From Auanema rhodensis (taxonomy: Eukaryota > Animalia > Nematoda), in assembly GCA_964057225.1 (NCBI GenBank), contig OZ059898.1, forward strand, positions 14,818,001-14,882,000: a DNA stretch of 64,000 nt, in the 5' to 3' direction. Below the pieces are notes generated by a model. It saw only the letters and a list, made by a program, of their open reading frames with translations. It was not told the DNA's origin and ran no database searches. Shown here piece after piece: positions 53,501 through 64,000 of the stretch; within the stretch, counting starts at the first letter, position 1, and each line of letters starts with the position of its first letter. A program made the translations under genes and the position numbers.

Positions 53501-56500
53501 GAAGAGAGCTGAATTCAAAATATGGAAATTCAGAAGAGAAGATGCCAAAAGATGGCTTCCCATGCCGGGAATCGAACCCGGGCCGCGTGGGTGAAAACCA
53601 CGAATCCTAACCACTAGACCACATGGGACACGTTAACTGTCCTTATGATACTACTTCTTCTATCATTTACCTGAAGGAAGTGAGTAAACAACAAGGAAAG
53701 TAACAACGATGAATCGGACCCGTATTAACTTCTAACAAAACGATTAAATGCAGAAAAGAGATTTAGAAGAGAGCTGAATTCAAAATATGGAAATTGAGAA
53801 GAGAAGATGCCAAAAGATGGCTTCCCATGCCGGGAATCGAACCCGGGCCGCGTGGGTGAAAACCACGAATCCTAACCACTAGACCACATGGGACACGTTA
53901 ACTGTTCTTATGATACTACTTCTTCTATCATTTACCTCGAGGAAGTGAGTAAGCAACAAGGGAAGTAACAACGATGAATCGGCCCCGTATTAACTTCTCA
54001 CAAAACGATTAAATGCAGAAAAGAGATTTAGAAGAGAGCTGAATTCAAAATATGGAAATTGAGAAGAGAAGATGCCAAAAGATGGCTTCCCATGCCGGGA
54101 ATCGAACCCGGGCCGCGTGGGTGAAAACCACGAATCCTAACCACTAGACCACATGGGACACTTTAACTGTTCTTATGATACTACTTCTTCTATCATTTAC
54201 CTCAAGGAAGTGAGTAAGCAACAAGGGAAGTAACAACGATGAATCGGCCCCGTATTAACTTCTAACAAAACGATTAAAAGCAGAAAAGAGATTTAGAAGA
54301 GAGTTGATTTCAAAATATGGAAATTCAGAAGAGAAGATGCCAAAAGATGGCTTCCCATGCCGGGAATCGAACCCGGGCCGCGTGGGTGAAAACCACGAAT
54401 CCTAACCACTAGACCACATTGGACACGTTAACTGTTCTTATGATACTACTTCTTCTATCATTTATCTCGAGGAAGTGAGTAAGCAACAAGGGAAGTAACA
54501 ACGATGAATCGGCCCCGTATTAACTTCTAACAAAACGATTAAAAGCAGAAAAGAGATTTAGAAGAGAGTTGATTTCAAAATATGGAAATTCAGAAGAGAA
54601 GATGCCAAAAGATGGCTTCCCATGCCGGGAATCGAACCCGGGCCGCGTGGGTGAAAACCACGAATCCTAACCACTAGACCACATGGGACACGTTAACTGT
54701 TCTAATGATACTACTTCTTCTATCATTTACCTGAAGGAAGTGAGTAAACAACAAGGGAAGTAACAACGATGAATCGGCCCCGTATTAACTTCTAACAAAA
54801 CGATTAAAAGCAGAAAAGAGATTTAGAAGAGAGCTGAATTCAAAATATGGAAATTGAGAAGAGAAGATGCCAAAAGATGGCTTCCCATGCCGGGAATCGA
54901 ACCCGGGCCGCGTGGGTGAAAACCACGAATCCTAACCACTAGACCACATGGGACACGTTAACTGTTCTTATGATACTACTTCTTCTATCATTTACCTCGA
55001 GGAAGTGAGTAAGCAACAAGGGAAGTAACAACGATGAATCGGCCCCGTATTAACTTCTAACAAAACGATTAAATGCAGAAAAGAGATTTAGAAGAGAGCT
55101 GAATTCAAAATATGGAAATTGAGAAGAGAAGATGCCAAAAGATGGCTTCCCATGCCGGGAATCGAACCCGGGCCGCGTGGGTGAAAACCACGAATCCTAA
55201 CCACTAGACCACATGGGACACGTTAACTGTTCTTATGATACTACTTCTTCTATCATTTACCTCGAGGAAGTGAGTAAGCAACAAGGGAAGTAACAACGAT
55301 GAATCGGCCCCGTATTAACTTCTAACAAAACGATTAAATGCAGAAAAGAGATTTAGAAGAGAGCTGAATTCAAAATATGGAAATTGAGAAGAGAAGATGC
55401 CAAAAGATGGCTTCCCATGCCGGGAATCGAACCCGGGCCGCGTGGGTGAAAACCACGAATCCTAACCACTAGACCACATGGGACACGTTAACTGTTCTTA
55501 TGATACTACTTCTTCTATCATTTACCTCGAGGAAGTGAGTAAGCAACAAGGGAAGTAACAACGATGAATCGGACCCGTATTAACTTCTAACAAAACGATT
55601 AAATGCAGAAAAGAGATTTAGAAGAGAGCTGAATTCAAAATATGGAAATTGAGAAGAGAAGATGCCAAAAGATGGCTTCCCATGCCGGGAATCGAACCCG
55701 GGCCGCGTGGGTGAAAACCACGAATCCTAACCACTAGACCACATGGGACACGTTAACTGTTCTAATGATACTACTTCTTCTATCATTTACCTGAAGGAAG
55801 TGAGTAAACAACAAGGGAAGTAACAACGATGAATCGGCCCCGTATTAACTTCTAACAAAACGATTAAAAGCAGAAAAGAGATTTAGAAGAGAGCTGAATT
55901 CAAAATATGGAAATTGAGAAGAGAAGATGCCAAAAGATGGCTTCCCATGCCGGGAATCGAACCCGGGCCGCGTGGGTGAAAACCACGAATCCTAACCACT
56001 AGACCACATGGGACACGTTAACTGTCCTTATGATACTACTTCTTCTATCATTTACCTGAAGGAAGTGAGTAAACAACAAGGAAAGTAACAACGATGAATC
56101 GGACCCGTATTAACTTCTAACAAAACGATTAAATGCAGAAAAGAGATTTAGAAGAGAGCTGAATTCAAAATATGGAAATTGAGAAGAGAAGATGCCAAAA
56201 GATGGCTTCCCATGCCGGGAATCGAACCCGGGCCGCGTGGGTGAAAACCACGAATCCTAACCACTAGACCACATGGGACACGTTAACTGTTCTTATGATA
56301 CTACTTCTTCTATCATTTACCTCGAGGAAGTGAGTAAGCAACAAGGGAAGTAACAACGATGAATCGGCCCCGTATTAACTTCTAACAAAACGATTAAATG
56401 CAGAAAAGAGATTTAGAAGAGAGCTGAATTCAAAATATGGAAATTGAGAAGAGAAGATGCCAAAAGATGGCTTCCCATGCCGGGAATCGAACCCGGGCCG

Positions 56501-59500
56501 CGTGGGTGAAAACCACGAATCCTAACCACTAGACCACATGGGACACTTTAACTGTTCTTATGATACTACTTCTTCTATCATTTACCTCAAGGAAGTGAGT
56601 AAGCAACAAGGGAAGTAACAACGATGAATCGGCCCCGTATTAACTTCTAACAAAACGATTAAAAGCAGAAAAGAGATTTAGAAGAGAGTTGATTTCAAAA
56701 TATGGAAATTCAGAAGAGAAGATGCCAAAAGATGGCTTCCCATGCCGGGAATCGAACCCGGGCCGCGTGGGTGAAAACCACGAATCCTAACCACTAGACC
56801 ACATTGGACACGTTAACTGTTCTTATGATACTACTTCTTCTATCATTTATCTCGAGGAAGTGAGTAAGCAACAAGGGAAGTAACAACGACGAATCGGCCC
56901 CGTATTAACTTCTAACAAAACGATTAAAAGCAGAAAAGAGATTTAGAAGAGAGTTGATTTCAAAATATGGAAATTCAGAAGAGAAGATGCCAAAAGATGG
57001 CTTCCCATGCCGGGAATCGAACCCGGGCCGCGTGGGTGAAAACCACGAATCCTAACCACTAGACCACATGGGACACGTTAACTGTTCTAATGATACTACT
57101 TCTTCTATCATTTACCTGAAGGAAGTGAGTAAACAACAAGGAAAGTAACAACGATGAATCGGCCCCGTATTAACTTCTAACAAAACGATTAAAAGCAGAA
57201 AAGAGATTTAGAAGAGAGTTGATTTCAAAATATGGAAATTCAGAAGAGAAGATGCCAAAAGATGGCTTCCCATGCCGGGAATCGAACCCGGGCCGCGTGG
57301 GTGAAAACCACGAATCCTAACCACTAGACCACATGGGACACGTTAACTGTTCTTATGATACTACTTCTTCTATCATTTACCTCGAGGAAGTGAGTAAGCA
57401 ACAAGGGAAGTAACAACGATGAATCGGCCCCGTATTAACTTCTCACAAAACGATTAAATGCAGAAAAGAGATTTAGAAGAGAGCTGAATTCAAAATATGG
57501 AAATTGAGAAGAGAAGATGCCAAAAGATGGCTTCCCATGCCGGGAATCGAACCCGGGCCGCGTGGGTGAAAACCACGAATCCTAACCACTAGACCACATG
57601 GGACACTTTAACTGTTCTTATGATACTACTTCTTCTATCATTTACCTCAAGGAAGTGAGTAAGCAACAAGGGAAGTAACAACGATGAATCGGCCCCGTAT
57701 TAACTTCTAACAAAACGATTAAAAGCAGAAAAGAGATTTAGAAGAGAGTTGATTTCAAAATATGGAAATTCAGAAGAGAAGATGCCAAAAGATGGCTTCC
57801 CATGCCGGGAATCGAACCCGGGCCGCGTGGGTGAAAACCACGAATCCTAACCACTAGACCACATTGGACACGTTAACTGTTCTTATGATACTACTTCTTC
57901 TATCATTTATCTCGAGGAAGTGAGTAAGCAACAAGGGAAGTAACAACGATGAATCGGCCCCGTATTAACTTCTAACAAAACGATTAAAAGCAGAAAAGAG
58001 ATTTAGAAGAGAGCTGAATTCAAAATATGGAAATTGAGAAGAGAAGATGCCAAAAGATGGCTTCCCATGCCGGGAATCGAACCCGGGCCGCGTGGGTGAA
58101 AACCACGAATCCTAACCACTAGACCACATGGGACACTTTAACTGTTCTTATGATACTACTTCTTCTATCATTTACCTCAAGGAAGTGAGTAAGCAACAAG
58201 GGAAGTAACAACGATGAATCGGCCCCGTATTAACTTCTAACAAAACGATTAAAAGCAGAAAAGAGATTTAGAAGAGAGTTGATTTCAAAATATGGAAATT
58301 CAGAAGAGAAGATGCCAAAAGATGGCTTCCCATGCCGGGAATCGAACCCGGGCCGCGTGGGTGAAAACCACGAATCCTAACCACTAGACCACATTGGACA
58401 CGTTAACTGTTCTTATGATACTACTTCTTCTATCATTTATCTCGAGGAAGTGAGTAAGCAACAAGGGAAGTAACAACGATGAATCGGCCCCGTATTAACT
58501 TCTAACAAAACGATTAAAAGCAGAAAAGAGATTTAGAAGAGAGCTGAATTCAAAATATGGAAATTGAGAAGAGAAGATGCCAAAAGATGGCTTCCCATGC
58601 CGGGAATCGAACCCGGGCCGCGTGGGTGAAAACCACGAATCCTAACCACTAGACCACATTGGACACGTTAACTGTTCTTATGATACTACTTCTTCTATCA
58701 TTTATCTCGAGGAAGTGAGTAAGCAACAAGGGAAGTAACAACGATGAATCGGCCCCGTATTAACTTCTAACAAAACGATTAAATGCAGAAAAGAGATTTA
58801 GAAGAGAGCTGAATTCAAAATATGGAAATTGAGAAGAGAAGATGCCAAAAGATGGCTTCCCATGCCGGGAATCGAACCCGGGCCGCGTGGGTGAAAACCA
58901 CGAATCCTAACCACTAGACCACATGGGACACGTTAACTGTTCTTATGATACTACTTCTTCTATCATTTACCTCGAGGAAGTGAGTAAGCAACAAGGGAAG
59001 TAACAACGATGAATCGGCCCCGTATTAACTTCTCACAAAACGATTAAATGCAGAAAAGAGATTTAGAAGAGAGCTGAATTCAAAATATGGAAATTGAGAA
59101 GAGAAGATGCCAAAAGATGGCTTCCCATGCCGGGAATCGAACCCGGGCCGCGTGGGTGAAAACCACGAATCCTAACCACTAGACCACATGGGACACTTTA
59201 ACTGTTCTTATGATACTACTTCTTCTATCATTTACCTCAAGGAAGTGAGTAAGCAACAAGGGAAGTAACAACGATGAATCGGCCCCGTATTAACTTCTAA
59301 CAAAACGATTAAAAGCAGAAAAGAGATTTAGAAGAGAGTTGATTTCAAAATATGGAAATTCAGAAGAGAAGATGCCAAAAGATGGCTTCCCATGCCGGGA
59401 ATCGAACCCGGGCCGCGTGGGTGAAAACCACGAATCCTAACCACTAGACCACATGGGACACGTTAACTGTCCTTATGATACTACTTCTTCTATCATTTAC

Positions 59501-62500
59501 CTGAAGGAAGTGAGTAAACAACAAGGAAAGTAACAACGATGAATCGGCCCCGTATTAACTTCTAACAAAACGATTAAATGCAGAAAAGAGATTTAGAAGA
59601 GAGCTGAATTCAAAATATGGAAATTGAGAAGAGAAGATGCCAAAAGATGGCTTCCCATGCCGGGAATCGAACCCGGGCCGCGTGGGTGAAAACCACGAAT
59701 CCTAACCACTAGACCACATGGGACACGTTAACTGTTCTTATGATACTACTTCTTCTATCATTTACCTCGAGGAAGTGAGTAAGCAACAAGGGAAGTAACA
59801 ACGATGAATCGGCCCCGTATTAACTTCTAACAAAACGATTAAATGCAGAAAAGAGATTTAGAAGAGAGCTGAATTCAAAATATGGAAATTCAGAAGAGAA
59901 GATGCCAAACGATGGCTTCCCATGCCGGGAATCGAACCCGGGCCGCGTGGGTGAAAACCACGAATCCTAACCACTAGACCACATGGGACACGTTAACTGT
60001 CCTTATGATACTACTTCTTCTATCATTTACCTGAAGGAAGTGAGTAAACAACAAGGAAAGTAACAACGATGAATCGGACCCGTATTAACTTCTAACAAAA
60101 CGATTAAATGCAGAAAAGAGATTTAGAAGAGAGCTGAATTCAAAATATGGAAATTGAGAAGAGAAGATGCCAAAAGATGGCTTCCCATGCCGGGAATCGA
60201 ACCCGGGCCGCGTGGGTGAAAACCACGAATCCTAACCACTAGACCACATGGGACACTTTAACTGTTCTTATGATACTACTTCTTCTATCATTTACCTCAA
60301 GGAAGTGAGTAAGCAACAAGGGAAGTAACAACGATGAATCGGCCCCGTATTAACTTCTAACAAAACGATTAAAAGCAGAAAAGAGATTTAGAAGAGAGTT
60401 GATTTCAAAATATGGAAATTCAGAAGAGAAGATGCCAAAAGATGGCTTCCCATGCCGGGAATCGAACCCGGGCCGCGTGGGTGAAAACCACGAATCCTAA
60501 CCACTAGACCACATGGGACACGTTAACTGTTCTAATGATACTACTTCTTCTATCATTTACCTGAAGGAAGTGAGTAAACAACAAGGGAAGTAACAACGAT
60601 GAATCGGCCCCGTATTAACTTCTAACAAAACGATTAAAAGCAGAAAAGAGATTTAGAAGAGAGCTGAATTCAAAATATGGAAATTGAGAAGAGAAGATGC
60701 CAAAAGATGGCTTCCCATGCCGGGAATCGAACCCGGGCCGCGTGGGTGAAAACCACGAATCCTAACCACTAGACCACATGGGACACGTTAACTGTTCTAA
60801 TGATACTACTTCTTCTATCATTTACCTGAAGGAAGTGAGTAAACAACAAGGGAAGTAACAACGATGAATCGGCCCCGTATTAACTTCTAACAAAACGATT
60901 AAAAGCAGAAAAGAGATTTAGAAGAGAGCTGAATTCAAAATATGGAAATTGAGAAGAGAAGATGCCAAAAGATGGCTTCCCATGCCGGGAATCGAACCCG
61001 GGCCGCGTGGGTGAAAACCACGAATCCTAACCACTAGACCACATGGGACACGTTAACTGTCCTTATGATACTACTTCTTCTATCATTTACCTGAAGGAAG
61101 TGAGTAAACAACAAGGAAAGTAACAACGATGAATCGGCCCCGTATTAACTTCTAACAAAACGATTAAATGCAGAAAAGAGATTTAGAAGAGAGCTGAATT
61201 CAAAATATGGAAATTGAGAAGAGAAGATGCCAAAAGATGGCTTCCCATGCCGGGAATCGAACCCGGGCCGCGTGGGTGAAAACCACGAATCCTAACCACT
61301 AGACCACATGGGACACGTTAACTGTTCTTATGATACTACTTCTTCTATCATTTACCTCGAGGAAGTGAGTAAGCAACAAGGGAAGTAACAACGATGAATC
61401 GGCCCCGTATTAACTTCTAACAAAACGATTAAATGCAGAAAAGAGATTTAGAAGAGAGCTGAATTCAAAATATGGAAATTGAGAAGAGAAGATGCCAAAA
61501 GATGGCTTCCCATGCCGGGAATCGAACCCGGGCCGCGTGGGTGAAAACCACGAATCCTAACCACTAGACCACATGGGACACGTTAACTGTTCTTATGATA
61601 CTACTTCTTCTATCATTTACCTCGAGGAAGTGAGTAAGCAACAAGGGAAGTAACAACGATGAATCGGCCCCGTATTAACTTCTAACAAAACGATTAAATG
61701 CAGAAAAGAGATTTAGAAGAGAGCTGAATTCAAAATATGGAAATTGAGAAGAGAAGATGCCAAAAGATGGCTTCCCATGCCGGGAATCGAACCCGGGCCG
61801 CGTGGGTGAAAACCACGAATCCTAACCACTAGACCACATGGGACACGTTAACTGTTCTTATGATACTACTTCTTCTATCATTTACCTCGAGGAAGTGAGT
61901 AAGCAACAAGGGAAGTAACAACGATGAATCGGACCCGTATTAACTTCTAACAAAACGATTAAATGCAGAAAAGAGATTTAGAAGAGAGCTGAATTCAAAA
62001 TATGGAAATTGAGAAGAGAAGATGCCAAAAGATGGCTTCCCATGCCGGGAATCGAACCCGGGCCGCGTGGGTGAAAACCACGAATCCTAACCACTAGACC
62101 ACATGGGACACGTTAACTGTTCTAATGATACTACTTCTTCTATCATTTACCTGAAGGAAGTGAGTAAACAACAAGGGAAGTAACAACGATGAATCGGCCC
62201 CGTATTAACTTCTAACAAAACGATTAAATGCAGAAAAGAGATTTAGAAGAGAGCTGAATTCAAAATATGGAAATTGAGAAGAGAAGATGCCAAAAGATGG
62301 CTTCCCATGCCGGGAATCGAACCCGGGCCGCGTGGGTGAAAACCACGAATCCTAACCACTAGACCACATGGGACACGTTAACTGTTCTTATGATACTACT
62401 TCTTCTATCATTTACCTCGAGGAAGTGAGTAAGCAACAAGGGAAGTAACAACGATGAATCGGCCCCGTATTAACTTCTAACAAAACGATTAAATGCAGAA

Positions 62501-64000
62501 AAGAGATTTAGAAGAGAGCTGAATTCAAAATATGGAAATTGAGAAGAGAAGATGCCAAAAGATGGCTTCCCATGCCGGGAATCGAACCCGGGCCGCGTGG
62601 GTGAAAACCACGAATCCTAACCACTAGACCACATGGGACACGTTAACTGTTCTTATGATACTACTTCTTCTATCATTTACCTCGAGGAAGTGAGTAAGCA
62701 ACAAGGGAAGTAACAACGATGAATCGGACCCGTATTAACTTCTAACAAAACGATTAAATGCAGAAAAGAGATTTAGAAGAGAGCTGAATTCAAAATATGG
62801 AAATTGAGAAGAGAAGATGCCAAAAGATGGCTTCCCATGCCGGGAATCGAACCCGGGCCGCGTGGGTGAAAACCACGAATCCTAACCACTAGACCACATG
62901 GGACACGTTAACTGTTCTAATGATACTACTTCTTCTATCATTTACCTGAAGGAAGTGAGTAAACAACAAGGGAAGTAACAACGATGAATCGGCCCCGTAT
63001 TAACTTCTAACAAAACGATTAAAAGCAGAAAAGAGATTTAGAAGAGAGCTGAATTCAAAATATGGAAATTGAGAAGAGAAGATGCCAAAAGATGGCTTCC
63101 CATGCCGGGAATCGAACCCGGGCCGCGTGGGTGAAAACCACGAATCCTAACCACTAGACCACATGGGACACGTTAACTGTCCTTATGATACTACTTCTTC
63201 TATCATTTACCTGAAGGAAGTGAGTAAACAACAAGGAAAGTAACAACGATGAATCGGACCCGTATTAACTTCTAACAAAACGATTAAATGCAGAAAAGAG
63301 ATTTAGAAGAGAGCTGAATTCAAAATATGGAAATTGAGAAGAGAAGATGCCAAAAGATGGCTTCCCATGCCGGGAATCGAACCCGGGCCGCGTGGGTGAA
63401 AACCACGAATCCTAACCACTAGACCACATGGGACACGTTAACTGTTCTTATGATACTACTTCTTCTATCATTTACCTCGAGGAAGTGAGTAAGCAACAAG
63501 GGAAGTAACAACGATGAATCGGCCCCGTATTAACTTCTAACAAAACGATTAAATGCAGAAAAGAGATTTAGAAGAGAGCTGAATTCAAAATATGGAAATT
63601 GAGAAGAGAAGATGCCAAAAGATGGCTTCCCATGCCGGGAATCGAACCCGGGCCGCGTGGGTGAAAACCACGAATCCTAACCACTAGACCACATGGGACA
63701 CTTTAACTGTTCTTATGATACTACTTCTTCTATCATTTACCTCAAGGAAGTGAGTAAGCAACAAGGGAAGTAACAACGATGAATCGGCCCCGTATTAACT
63801 TCTAACAAAACGATTAAAAGCAGAAAAGAGATTTAGAAGAGAGTTGATTTCAAAATATGGAAATTCAGAAGAGAAGATGCCAAAAGATGGCTTCCCATGC
63901 CGGGAATCGAACCCGGGCCGCGTGGGTGAAAACCACGAATCCTAACCACTAGACCACATTGGACACGTTAACTGTTCTTATGATACTACTTCTTCTATCA
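50566..64000 (-). repeat. tRNA-Glu(UUC) array, segment 4 (51 full genes at 50642+265n), continuing beyond the window
   Basis: Same unit. First tRNA 50642-50713, last 63892-63963. Confidence 0.98.

Noticed and set aside
1-64000. CRISPR-like repeat-spacer array
   Set aside because: The spacers are near-identical rather than unique, the unit is 265 bp, there are no cas genes, and the context is eukaryotic.

Overview
Eukaryotic DNA, most likely nematode (inferred from the transposon protein families). About 46 kb of the window is a head-to-tail tandem array of a 265-bp unit. Each unit carries one minus-strand tRNA-Glu(UUC) gene with a T4 Pol III terminator. By unit arithmetic there are 171 full-length copies plus 2 split copies, and the array runs off both window ends. 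Three unrelated transposons interrupt the array, all co-oriented with the tRNA genes and all inserted in or immediately beside the tRNA gene itself. (1) A 2.6-kb Mutator/MULE DNA transposon has short imperfect TIRs and a 9-bp TSD on the B-box. (2) A 3.2-kb non-autonomous LTR element has a tRNA-Gln PBS, a 4-bp TSD in the anticodon arm and non-canonical CG...CG LTR termini. (3) A 12.3-kb BEL/Pao (Belpaoviridae) endogenous retrovirus-like element sits about 10 bp upstream of a tRNA gene. It encodes an intact 2958-aa Gag-Pol-Env polyprotein with a phlebovirus-like Gn/Gc envelope and an extra downstream triple zinc-knuckle ORF, and its 5' LTR has been lost at the PBS. The array also shows regional haplotype domains and higher-order repeats.
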